DNA of 64,000 nt from an uncultured Prevotellaceae bacterium (lineage in GTDB: Bacteria > Bacteroidota > Bacteroidia > Bacteroidales > Bacteroidaceae), in assembly GCA_902800185.1 (NCBI GenBank), contig CADCDK010000002.1, forward strand, positions 49,651 through 113,650, read 5' to 3'. Below the pieces are notes generated by a model. It was not told the DNA's origin, ran no database searches, and saw nothing but the letters and a program-made list of their open reading frames with translations. Every line of letters begins with the position of its first letter. Position 1 is the first letter of the stretch. Shown here one piece after another: positions 9,789-18,682 of the stretch. The position numbers were made by a program, and so were the translations under genes.

Positions 9789-11675
9789 TTATCTTCCTAA
9801 GAGTACAAGCAGGACATTGATGTCCGACGGACTTACTCCTGGAATGCGGCTGGCTTGCGCCAAAGTCTCCGGATCGATTCTTTCGAGTTTTTGACGACCC
9901 TCGGTCGAAATTTCTTGCAGTGTTGAATAGTTAAAGCGTCCTTTGATTCGGATATTCTCTAATCGGTGCATCTTCTCAGCAACGATTCGTTCACGTTCAA
10001 TATAACCTTGGTATTTGATTTGGATTTCTGCGCCCTCGGCAATTTCTTCCTTTCTGTTTTTAGGAGAATTAATCGTACTTTTAAGCTCGGGGAGAATCTC
10101 TCCAAGTGCCTTGATGGATAACTGCGGTCTTGCGATGAGTTCGGAAACTTTGCAGCCAAAGCGGAGTGGGGTAGTGCCCAATGCTTCTAACTGCCCATTG
10201 ATTTCTTTCGGTTTTACCGACGTGTTCTCGCAGAAATGAATCACCTTTTCCACCTCTTTTTTCTTTTCCATCCACCAATCGTAGCGATCACGCTTGGCAA
10301 GACCTAATGCATAAGACATTTCCGTCAGACGTGCATCGGCGTCATCTTGCCGAAGAAGGATACGGTACTCGGCGCGGGAGGTGAACATGCGATAAGGTTC
10401 GTCAACGCCTTTCGTGGCGAGGTCATCAACCAGTACACCGATGTACGCCTCGTCTCTTCCAAGTACAAGTGGGGTGTTGTCGGAACTTGTTGAGGTACCG
10501 GCATGGATGGCGGCATTGACACCCGCCACGAGTCCTTGACCGCCAGCTTCCTCGTAACCCGTGGTTCCGTTGACTTGTCCGGCAAAGAACAATCCTTTCA
10601 ACACTTTTGATTCCAACGAGTGTTTGAGTTGTGTCGGGTCGAAGAAATCGTATTCAATAGCATAGCCCGGACGATAGATTCGCACATCGCGGAGAGCGGG
10701 AATCTTCTTCAATGCTGCCAGCTGAACATCCATGGGCATACTTGATGAAAAGCCATTCAGGTACATCTCGTTGGTGTTCTCGCCTTCGGGTTCCAAAAAC
10801 AAAGGATGTTGTTCGCGGTCGGGGAAAGTGACAAGCTTGGTTTCTATGGACGGGCAGTAGCGGGGTCCGATACTCTGTATCTGTCCGTTGTAGAGCGGAG
10901 AGTCAGCCAGTCCACCGCGCAAAACCTCATGAACTTCCTTGTTGGTATAACAAGTCCAACAGGGAAGTTGTTGGAGTGGGCGACTCTCGCCCATATAGGA
11001 GAATTTATGAAAGTCGTTTTCGCCAGGCTGTATTTCTGTGTCTTCAAAATGTACACTGCGTTTGTCAATACGGACGGGCGTACCGGTCTTCATGCGCTCG
11101 GAGCGAATGCCGTGGCGTGTGATGCTTTCCGTGAAATGGGGAACGGCAGGTTCGGCACAGCGTCCACCGGGAACCATCTTTCGTCCAACATGTAGCAAGC
11201 CGTTCAGGAAGGTGCCTGCTGTGATGACAACGCTTTTGGCTCGGAACTCCACACCCCAAACGGTGCGCACACCAACAGCCTCGCCGTCTTCAACCAGCAG
11301 CTCGTCTGCCTGGTCTTGCCAGATGTCCAACCCGTCAATGCCATCAAGAACCTCGCGCCATTTCCATATGAACTTGCCACGGTCGCACTGAGCACGAGGA
11401 CTCCATACGGCGGGACCCTTGCCCTGATTGAGCATGCGAAATTGGATGGCGGTGGCATCGGTGACGATTCCCATGTAGCCGCCAAGTGCGTCAATCTCAC
11501 GAACAATCTGTCCCTTGGCGATACCACCAACGGCAGGGTTGCACGACATTTGTGCTATCTTGTTCATGTCCATGGTGATGAGGCATGTCTTTGCCCCGAT
11601 GTTTGCTGCCGCTGCCGCCGCCTCGCATCCGGCGTGTCCGCCGCCGATAACAATTACGTCATATTTCAAAATCAT
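9789..11675 (-). CDS. mnmG: tRNA uridine-5-carboxymethylaminomethyl synthesis enzyme MnmG (GidA)
   Basis: YDVIVIGGGHAGCEAA, MSCNPAVGGIAKG, GPRYCPSIE, AGQVNGTTGYEEA, EPYRMFTSRAEYR. Confidence 0.97.
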   Translation of the reverse strand: MILKYDVIVIGGGHAGCEAAAAAANIGAKTCLITMDMNKIAQMSCNPAVGGIAKGQIVREIDALGGYMGIVTDATAIQFRMLNQGKGPAVWSPRAQCDRGKFIWKWREVLDGIDGLDIWQDQADELLVEDGEAVGVRTVWGVEFRAKSVVITAGTFLNGLLHVGRKMVPGGRCAEPAVPHFTESITRHGIRSERMKTGTPVRIDKRSVHFEDTEIQPGENDFHKFSYMGESRPLQQLPCWTCYTNKEVHEVLRGGLADSPLYNGQIQSIGPRYCPSIETKLVTFPDREQHPLFLEPEGENTNEMYLNGFSSSMPMDVQLAALKKIPALRDVRIYRPGYAIEYDFFDPTQLKHSLESKVLKGLFFAGQVNGTTGYEEAGGQGLVAGVNAAIHAGTSTSSDNTPLVLGRDEAYIGVLVDDLATKGVDEPYRMFTSRAEYRILLRQDDADARLTEMSYALGLAKRDRYDWWMEKKKEVEKVIHFCENTSVKPKEINGQLEALGTTPLRFGCKVSELIARPQLSIKALGEILPELKSTINSPKNRKEEIAEGAEIQIKYQGYIERERIVAEKMHRLENIRIKGRFNYSTLQEISTEGRQKLERIDPETLAQASRIPGVSPSDINVLLVLLGR

Positions 11676-11711
11676 GGTTCCTATCACCTTTTGAAGGGGT
11701 GACTCCGAGTG

Positions 11712-11791
11712 CAAAGTTACGTATTTATTTGAATAAATTGAATATTTTTATATAAAAGACTTTGAAGTATCACCAAAAAATGGTATTTTTG
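11712..11791. promoter_or_regulatory. divergent Bacteroidetes sigma-A -7 elements (mnmG / frdC)
   Basis: TAACTTTG on - strand (11712-11719) and TATTTTTG on + strand (11784-11791) match TAnnTTTG. Confidence 0.6.
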
Positions 11792-11866
11792 CAGTCAGAA
11801 GCAATTTTTGTGTACCTAAAATGAAGTATCATCTAAACATTTAATAATTTCTAAATCAACAAATTT

Positions 11867-12751
11867 ATGTGGTTAATCAATTCATCAATTGGTAGAAAAG
11901 TCGTGATGTCGGTCACCGGCGTTGCACTTATTCTGTTCTTGACCTTCCACTGCGCTATGAACGTTGCGGCGTTGTTCAGTGGCGAGGCCTACAACATGAT
12001 TTGTGAATTGCTGGGTGCCAACTGGTATGCCGTCGTGGCAACGCTTGGTTTGGCAGCACTGGCAGTGGTTCACATTGTGTATGCATTTATTCTCACCGCC
12101 CAGAACCGTCAGGCTCGTGGTGCTGAGCGTTATGCAGTGACCGACCGCCCCGCCAAGGTGGAGTGGGCTTCTCAGAACATGCTGGTGCTGGGTATTATCA
12201 TCCTGCTCGGCTTGGTGCTTCACTTGTTCAACTTCTGGTACAACATGATGTTCGCCGAGCTGCTGGGTGTTGAGGGACTTGCTCATGCCCCCGGTGATGG
12301 CTTTGGCTGGATCGTGGAGACCTTCTCTTGTCCCGTTTATGTTGTGCTGTATGTCATCTGGCTTGTAGCAATCTGGTTCCATCTCTCTCATGGTTTCTGG
12401 AGTGCTATGCAGACCTTTGGCTGGAATGGTAAGATTTGGTTCTGCCGCTGGAAGATGATCGGTCTTATCTACTCGACCGTGCTGATGCTCTGTTTCTTGG
12501 TTGTGGTGCTGGCTTTCGCTTTCAAGTGTGCTCCCAGCCTCTGTGAAGAAAGCTGCTGTAAGGCAAAGACAGAGTGCGTGATGCAGGCTCCTTGTGACAA
12601 GGCAAAGGCTGACTGCTGCAAAGAGAAAGCAGAGAGCTGTGATGCTGAAAAGGCTTGCCAATGCAAGGACTGCAAGTGCGACCCCTGCAAGTGTGCAGAG
12701 AAGAAGGACTGCAAATGTGACCCTTGTGAGTGCGAGGATTGTCAGTGCTAA
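11867..12751 (+). CDS. frdC: fumarate reductase/succinate dehydrogenase cytochrome b subunit with Cys-rich C-terminal extension
   Basis: SSIGRKVVMSVTG, heme-ligand His in TFHCAMN/VVHIVY/VLHLFNF/WFHLSHGFWS, about 5 TM helices, first gene of the operon. Confidence 0.92.
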   Translation: MWLINSSIGRKVVMSVTGVALILFLTFHCAMNVAALFSGEAYNMICELLGANWYAVVATLGLAALAVVHIVYAFILTAQNRQARGAERYAVTDRPAKVEWASQNMLVLGIIILLGLVLHLFNFWYNMMFAELLGVEGLAHAPGDGFGWIVETFSCPVYVVLYVIWLVAIWFHLSHGFWSAMQTFGWNGKIWFCRWKMIGLIYSTVLMLCFLVVVLAFAFKCAPSLCEESCCKAKTECVMQAPCDKAKADCCKEKAESCDAEKACQCKDCKCDPCKCAEKKDCKCDPCECEDCQC

Positions 12752-12787
12752 ATTGTTATTTTAAATCCGTAAATCGTAAATAAGATT

Positions 12788-14770
12788 ATGGCAAAAGTAT
12801 TAGATTCAAAGATTCCTGCCGGCCCCGTGGCCGAGAAATGGAAAGAGTATAAAGCCCACCAGCGTCTTGTAAACCCGAAGAACAAGCTGAAGCTCGACGT
12901 GATTGTCGTCGGAACAGGTCTGGCTGGTGCCAGTGCTGCCGCTTCACTTGGCGAGATGGGCTTCAACGTTATTAACCTGTGCATCCAGGATTCTCCCCGT
13001 CGCGCTCACTCTATCGCCGCTCAGGGTGGTATCAATGCTGCCAAGTGCTATCAGAACGATGGTGACTCCATCTACCGTCTGTTCTACGACACCGTGAAGG
13101 GTGGTGACTACCGTGCCCGCGAAGCCAACGTATATCGTCTGGCAGAGGTTAGTAACAACATCATCGACCAGTGCGTGGCACAGGGTGTTCCCTTTGCCCG
13201 TGAGTATGGTGGCATGCTGGCCAACCGTTCATTCGGTGGTGCACAGGTAAGCCGTACCTTCTATGCCAAGGGTCAGACAGGTCAGCAGCTGTTGCTCGGT
13301 GCCTATTCTTCTCTGAGCCGTCAGGTGGAAGAGGGTAAGGTGAAGCTCTATACCCGTTACGAGATGGAAGACGTTGTCATTGTTGACGGTCGTGCCCGCG
13401 GTATCATTGCCAAGGATCTCACCACAGGTAAGCTGCATCGCTTCTCTGCCAACGCTGTTGTCATCGCCACTGGTGGATACGGTAACACTTACTTCCTCTC
13501 TACCAATGCCATGGGTTGCAACTGTACAGCTGCCATCCAGTGCTATCGTAAGGGTGCCTACTTTGCTAATCCCTCTTACGTACAGATTCACCCGACTTGT
13601 ATCCCCGTTCACGGCGACAAGCAGTCTAAGCTGACGCTGATGTCTGAGTCTCTGCGTAACGACGGACGTATCTGGGTACCGAAGAAGAAGGAAGATGCTG
13701 AGGCTTTGCAGGCTGGTACCAAGCAGGGCTGGGATATTCCCGAAGAAGACCGCGACTATTATCTGGAGCGTCGCTATCCCGCATTCGGAAACCTCGTTCC
13801 GCGTGACGTGGCTTCTCGTGCTGCCAAGGAGCGTTGCGACCATGGCTTCGGTGTGAACAACACTGGTCTGGCAGTGTTCCTCGACTTCTCGGAGTCCATC
13901 AACCGTCTCGGTATCGATCAGATCATGCAGCGCTACGGCAACCTCTTCGAGATGTACGAGGAGATTACCGACGTGTTCCCTGGCGAACTTGCCAAGGAAA
14001 TCAATGGTGTGAAGTACTACAAGCCGATGATGATCTTCCCCGCTGTCCACTACACCATGGGTGGAATCTGGGTGGACTACGAGCTGCAGACCACCATCCC
14101 CGGTCTGTTCGCTATCGGAGAGTGTAACTTCTCTGACCACGGTGCCAACCGTCTCGGTGCTTCTGCCCTCATGCAGGGTCTTGCCGATGGTTACTTCGTG
14201 CTGCCTTATACCATCCAGAACTACCTCGCTGACCAGGCCATCTGGCCTCGTCTCTCCACCGACCTGCCCGAGTTCGCTGAGGCAGAGAAGGCTGTTGATG
14301 CAGAGGCAGACCGTCTGATGGGTATCCAGGGTAAGCGTTCCGTTGACTCCATCCACAAGGAGCTCGGCCACATCATGTGGGAGCATGTCGGCATGGGTCG
14401 TACCAAGAAGGGACTGGAGGAAGGTCTGAAGCTGATGAAGGAACTCAAGAAAGAGTTCGACAGCAACCTCTTCATTCCCGGAACCAAGGACGGACTCAAC
14501 ATCGAGCTCGACAAGGCTATCCACCTGCGCGACTTCATCCTCATGGGTCAGCTCATCGCCTATGATGCACTGCACCGTGAAGAGAGCTGCGGTGGACACT
14601 TCCGTGAGGAGCACCAGACCGAAGAGGGAGAAGCCAAGCGCGATGACGCAAACTTCTTCTATGTGGGTTGCTGGGAGTATCAGGGCGACGACACCAAGGC
14701 TCCTGAGCTCATCAAGGAACCGCTGGAGTATGAGGCAATTAAAGTACAAACACGTAACTATAAGAATTAA
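12788..14770 (+). CDS. frdA: fumarate reductase/succinate dehydrogenase flavoprotein subunit
   Basis: [21 protein letters not shown] (covalent FAD His), QIHPT, HYTMGG, HGANRLG. Confidence 0.95.
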   Translation: MAKVLDSKIPAGPVAEKWKEYKAHQRLVNPKNKLKLDVIVVGTGLAGASAAASLGEMGFNVINLCIQDSPRRAHSIAAQGGINAAKCYQNDGDSIYRLFYDTVKGGDYRAREANVYRLAEVSNNIIDQCVAQGVPFAREYGGMLANRSFGGAQVSRTFYAKGQTGQQLLLGAYSSLSRQVEEGKVKLYTRYEMEDVVIVDGRARGIIAKDLTTGKLHRFSANAVVIATGGYGNTYFLSTNAMGCNCTAAIQCYRKGAYFANPSYVQIHPTCIPVHGDKQSKLTLMSESLRNDGRIWVPKKKEDAEALQAGTKQGWDIPEEDRDYYLERRYPAFGNLVPRDVASRAAKERCDHGFGVNNTGLAVFLDFSESINRLGIDQIMQRYGNLFEMYEEITDVFPGELAKEINGVKYYKPMMIFPAVHYTMGGIWVDYELQTTIPGLFAIGECNFSDHGANRLGASALMQGLADGYFVLPYTIQNYLADQAIWPRLSTDLPEFAEAEKAVDAEADRLMGIQGKRSVDSIHKELGHIMWEHVGMGRTKKGLEEGLKLMKELKKEFDSNLFIPGTKDGLNIELDKAIHLRDFILMGQLIAYDALHREESCGGHFREEHQTEEGEAKRDDANFFYVGCWEYQGDDTKAPELIKEPLEYEAIKVQTRNYKN

Positions 14771-14775
14771 AAGCT

Positions 14776-15534
14776 ATGGCACGTAATATCAGTTTCACTG
14801 TCAAATATTGGAAGCAGAATGGTCCTAAGGAGAAAGGACATTTTGAGTCCCGCGAGATGAAGAACATTCCCGATGATACTTCGTTCCTTGAGATGCTCGA
14901 CATCCTGAACGAGGAGCTCATCAACGAGGGCAAGGAGCCTTTCGTGTTCGACCACGACTGCCGCGAGGGTATCTGCGGTATGTGCTCGCTGTATATCAAT
15001 GGTACGCCCCACGGCAAGACCGAGCGTGGCGCTACCACCTGTCAGCTCTACATGCGCCGTTTCAATGATGGCGATGTTATCACTGTTGAGCCCTGGCGTT
15101 CTGCCGGCTTCCCTGTCATCAAGGACTGCATGGTAGATCGTCGCGCCTTCGATAAGATCATTCAGGCTGGCGGTTACACCTCCATTCGTACCGGTCAGGC
15201 TCAGGATGCCAATGCCATCCTGATTCCGAAGGAAGATGCTGACGAGGCTATGGACTGCGCAACATGTATCGGTTGCGGTGCCTGTGTGGCAGCTTGTAAG
15301 AACGGTTCCGCTATGCTGTTCGTCTCTTCCAAGGTTTCTCAGCTGGCACTCTTGCCGCAGGGCCGTCCCGAAGCAGCACGCCGTGCCAAGAAGATGATTG
15401 CCCGTATGGATGAGCTGGGCTTCGGTAACTGCACGAACACCCGCGCTTGCGAGGCCGTTTGTCCGAAGAACGAGAGCATCGCCAACATCGCCCGCCTGAA
15501 CCGCGAGTTCATCAAGGCAAAATTGGCAGACTAA
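14776..15534 (+). CDS. frdB: fumarate reductase/succinate dehydrogenase iron-sulfur subunit
   Basis: [34 protein letters not shown]. Confidence 0.95.
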   Translation: MARNISFTVKYWKQNGPKEKGHFESREMKNIPDDTSFLEMLDILNEELINEGKEPFVFDHDCREGICGMCSLYINGTPHGKTERGATTCQLYMRRFNDGDVITVEPWRSAGFPVIKDCMVDRRAFDKIIQAGGYTSIRTGQAQDANAILIPKEDADEAMDCATCIGCGACVAACKNGSAMLFVSSKVSQLALLPQGRPEAARRAKKMIARMDELGFGNCTNTRACEAVCPKNESIANIARLNREFIKAKLAD

Positions 15535-15563
15535 AGGTTATACCTTATTCTATTATTATAAAG

Positions 15564-15593
15564 AACGCCGCAGGGAATCCTTGCGGCGTTTTT
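15564..15593 (+). terminator. intrinsic terminator of the frd operon
   Basis: AACGCCGCAGG-GAAT-CCTTGCGGCGTT followed by T-run. Confidence 0.8.
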
Positions 15594-15598
15594 GTATT

Positions 15599-15712
15599 GC
15601 ATGTTGCTGCATTTTGCATGTTGCTGTGTTTTTCGTTTTTGTTTTGCATGTTGCAGTGTTGCTGCGTTTTTCCTTTCTTGTTTTTGTATGTTGCTGTGCC
15701 ACAGCAACATAC
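15599..15712. repeat. REP-like palindrome plus upstream degenerate half-site array
   Basis: Perfect palindrome GTATGTTGCTGTG-C-CACAGCAACATAC (15686-15712); left-arm copies G(C)ATGTTGC(T/A)G at 15599, 15616, 15646 and a partial one at 15656. Confidence 0.8.
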
Positions 15713-15725
15713 TTCACAGCCCCCC

Positions 15726-16739
15726 TTATCCCTCACATATAGCCCTCGCCATTTCGTTGAGCTTCATGCATTGCTCTCTCTTGATGGTTATCTTTTCGTT
15801 ATGATGCTCCCAGGGAGCCAGAATCAGCAACTGCCCTTTGGCGCAGGCATCCATTCGCAGGCCGCCAGGCTTCGCCAAATCTGTAAAACCGTTCTCTTGC
15901 AGATAAATCAGCGGCAATCCCTCCTCAAAAGCTGCCCGCATGATGGCTTTCTCCCCCTTAGAGATAGCTGGCGACACCAATACAGCTCCTTGCTGTGCGG
16001 CACGAAGGCATTCGTTCATCTTGCCCTTTAGCTCCTCCTCGCTAATGCTTCTCGAGCACTGCACCTGTATCTTCAACGGCCTTTCTAACAAAAAACGATT
16101 GCCAATAGCTGAAAAGCTGAGCCCTGCAAATGTCAGTCCTCGCTGTATCCGAAACAAATCAGGGTTCTCTCGCTTCATCAGTAGTCGCCGAGGGTTGTCC
16201 TTCAGGTAGTTCAGCCATTGCTCAAGCTGCCCATCCCTCAGCAGTATCTGATCGTTAAAGCCTTTTGCAAAAAGCAGGCCGTTCTCGCGACTTTGTTGTG
16301 CGTATTGCTGTGCCACAGCAACAAACTCCACAGGCATCAGCTTGCGGAAAGCCTGATTACATGCCTGTTTGACGCCTAACAGCACCTTCCCCAATGGCTT
16401 CTCCATCTGCTTTTTCACAAATAGAATCGCGTGCAGGTGGTCAGGCATCATCTGTAGTGCCACAACCTTCACTTCCGGATGGTGGCTGCTGATTGTTAGC
16501 CATATCTGCTCTATTGCTTCTCCCAATGCTGACAGTACAACACGAGGTACCTCCGGTGACGGCTCTACAGCTTCGCTTCTTCCCACCACCTGGCCAAACA
16601 GCGGTTTCCGTCCCTCTGTCACCATCGTTATCATATACATTCGTCGTCCCGTGTAGTCATGATCTACACAGCGTCGCAGCATCGAGGCTTTCTTTTCGCC
16701 CGCAAATGCTTTCTTCTTTTCAAACGTTGCTCTGTCCAT
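15726..16739 (-). CDS. Y1/HUH (RAYT/IS200-like) transposase fused to a DprA/SLOG-like domain
   Basis: HDY..MYMITMVT, HUH motif MPDHLHAIL, FAKGFNDQILL, catalytic Tyr helix WLNYLKDNP. C-terminal GAVLVSPAISKGEKAIMRAAFEEGLPLIYL resembles the DprA core. Start at ATG 16739. Confidence 0.8.
   Translation of the reverse strand: MDRATFEKKKAFAGEKKASMLRRCVDHDYTGRRMYMITMVTEGRKPLFGQVVGRSEAVEPSPEVPRVVLSALGEAIEQIWLTISSHHPEVKVVALQMMPDHLHAILFVKKQMEKPLGKVLLGVKQACNQAFRKLMPVEFVAVAQQYAQQSRENGLLFAKGFNDQILLRDGQLEQWLNYLKDNPRRLLMKRENPDLFRIQRGLTFAGLSFSAIGNRFLLERPLKIQVQCSRSISEEELKGKMNECLRAAQQGAVLVSPAISKGEKAIMRAAFEEGLPLIYLQENGFTDLAKPGGLRMDACAKGQLLILAPWEHHNEKITIKREQCMKLNEMARAICEG
16300..16326. repeat. in-frame internal copy of the REP-like palindrome
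   Basis: GCGTATTGCTGTG-C-CACAGCAACAAAC, 23/27 identical to 15686-15712, encodes ..FVAVAQQY.. Confidence 0.8.
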
Positions 16740-16862
16740 CCTATTTCCTTTGCAAAAGTACAACTTTTTCCTTACACCGTTTCATGATTCAAAAATAATT
16801 CGTATATTTGCCATCTGTATGATAGTTAACAAGATGTTGAACCCTTAAACGAATTTGCCAAT

Positions 16863-17780
16863 ATGTTTATGATAGACAAAAGAACGTTTCTTTCCGTTCT
16901 GCCTTTAGGCCTATTCCCTATGTTGTGCTTTGCTGAGGATGCTGCTAAGAAGGCATCTGAAGGCCCAGCTCCCATTTCCGGATTTTTTGGAACGTTGTTC
17001 CCTTATCTGCTGATAGCTGCTCTTGTTGTTGTAGCCATAGCAGTTAGTTTTGTAAGGGCTGCCAATGAGAAAACAGAACGCCTGCTGATGATAGGCATTC
17101 CTGCTTGTCTGGCTGTTGCTGCATTGCTGGAGATATTGGCATTATACTCTGTGGGCAACGATGCCATTTGGTGGTGTGACCCTGATCGCTATGGTTTCTG
17201 GGGAGGCTTCTTCCGCTTCATACCGCTCATGCTGGTTTTGGTAGGACAGATAGCCAGCATCTATACTTATCAGGCATTCTTGTCGAATACCCATGCGATG
17301 TATGGACAGGATGTCCGTATCTCTTTGAAACCTGCTGCCATCGCCTTGGTGATTGCTTTCCCGCTTGCACTTATTGTTGGAGGACTCCTTCAATGGGCAG
17401 GCTTACCGAAGTACTTGCAGGAAACGGGATTGTTTATCGTCCTGTTTGGTATTCTCATCATTGGACTAGGCTCTTCTGTCAAGAAGAATATCAATCAGTT
17501 TGGTAAGAAGTATGGCACAGCAATCTCTGTATTTGCCGTTATCTATATTTTAGGCATTATCGCTGCTGTATGGCTTCTTATTGTTGGCATCTTCCAGATG
17601 ATTATCCAAGAGGCAGTCTTAGTAGTATTGGCCTACTTCTTCCTGTTTAAGACGGGCATCTTAGAAGGTTTGATAACAGCAAGCGGGAAATCGCACGGAG
17701 CTTACGACAATAAGGGAAACTGGCACTCTACTAAGTCGGAGGCTTTACGAGCCAATTATTCCGATAATGATAAAAAATAA
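16863..17780 (+). CDS. polytopic membrane protein of unknown function
   Basis: 305-aa ORF, signal-like N-terminus and about 7-8 hydrophobic helices; TATATTTG promoter box at 16803. Confidence 0.7.
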   Translation: MFMIDKRTFLSVLPLGLFPMLCFAEDAAKKASEGPAPISGFFGTLFPYLLIAALVVVAIAVSFVRAANEKTERLLMIGIPACLAVAALLEILALYSVGNDAIWWCDPDRYGFWGGFFRFIPLMLVLVGQIASIYTYQAFLSNTHAMYGQDVRISLKPAAIALVIAFPLALIVGGLLQWAGLPKYLQETGLFIVLFGILIIGLGSSVKKNINQFGKKYGTAISVFAVIYILGIIAAVWLLIVGIFQMIIQEAVLVVLAYFFLFKTGILEGLITASGKSHGAYDNKGNWHSTKSEALRANYSDNDKK

Positions 17781-17792
17781 TGGCAATATGAA

Positions 17793-18572
17793 TTAGCCAA
17801 GCAGGATGCCCGTGAAGATTCGTCCGGAGTTGATGCCCAAGTGGCGGGCGGAGAAGAAACGGGAGGATTCCAGATAGGTGCATACGGGGGAGACGGCAAT
17901 GGAGGCGGAAGGCACGCCAGAGGTCAGAAGCTGCTGACGGTTACACTCCGGTAAATCGATATGCCATTTCTTTTGATGACAGCTGATGGTCGTCATGTCA
18001 AAGCCAGCTTGGGCAAAAGCCTCATAGACCTCATCGCCCACCTCGAAGCTCTCCAGATGGATACCGGGTCCAATCTGTGCCTTGATTTCTTCCGGGCGCG
18101 TGCCGTAGGCGGCTACCATTTCTGCTATCGCTTTCTCTGCGATTCGTGCCACAGTGCCCCGCCATCCGGCGTGGATGGCACACACGGCATGGTGAGGTTT
18201 GTCGTAGAGCAGGATGGGGATGCAGTCGGCAGTAGAAACGCCGATGCACACACCTTTCAGGTTCGTCATCAGCGCGTCATAGCCTTCTAAGGCCTCCCGT
18301 CTTTCTTCCTCCGAGAGCGACAGCAGAGCCTCGTTGATTCGTACCGTTTTCGTCAAGTGTACCTGATGGGGCATCAGCAACCGGTCGTCACTGATGCCAA
18401 GCCGTGAGCACAGCGCCTCTCGGTTTTTCCGAATACACGTTTCTTCATCCCCACAAAAGCGGTTGATGTTCAACTCCGCATAGTTGCCCGTGCTATACCC
18501 TCCGTGGCGTGTTGTGCTAAACGCGGTCACCTCGTTCCCAAAGTCATAATAATCCAGTTGTGGCTCTTTCAT
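17793..18572 (-). CDS. pgeF: peptidoglycan editing factor / YfiH purine nucleoside phosphorylase
   Basis: FSTTRHGGYS, HQVH, DALMT, TADCIPILL, IHAGWRGT, IGPGI, FFSAR. Confidence 0.9.
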   Translation of the reverse strand: MKEPQLDYYDFGNEVTAFSTTRHGGYSTGNYAELNINRFCGDEETCIRKNREALCSRLGISDDRLLMPHQVHLTKTVRINEALLSLSEEERREALEGYDALMTNLKGVCIGVSTADCIPILLYDKPHHAVCAIHAGWRGTVARIAEKAIAEMVAAYGTRPEEIKAQIGPGIHLESFEVGDEVYEAFAQAGFDMTTISCHQKKWHIDLPECNRQQLLTSGVPSASIAVSPVCTYLESSRFFSARHLGINSGRIFTGILLG

Positions 18573-18682
18573 TTTGCTGATATGTTTCAGGTTCTTGCTA
18601 CAAAGATACAAGTTTTTTATATATTCTTGTTGAAAAAGGAAGGAAATGGGAAACTTTTTCATAAATTTGCAGCAAATCTTGG

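Noticed and set aside
11676-11866. oriC in the mnmG-frdC gap
   Set aside because: AT-rich, but no DnaA-box cluster is visible and two divergent promoters account for it.
13229-14749. 506-aa antisense ORF, and similar long antisense ORFs at 21654-22952, 35869-37200, 30766-31743, 53516-54523 and 61140-62123
   Set aside because: Shadow frames of strongly codon-biased genes, with no recognisable motifs.
15593-15712. Possible CRISPR or mini-array
   Set aside because: Units are only 11-13 bp, irregularly spaced with low-complexity T-rich spacers, and there are no cas genes. Better explained as REP-like half-sites.
15726-16763. Classical IS200/IS605 element with tnpB
   Set aside because: No TnpB/RuvC gene and no left-end hairpin was found upstream. 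The C-terminal domain looks DprA-like instead.
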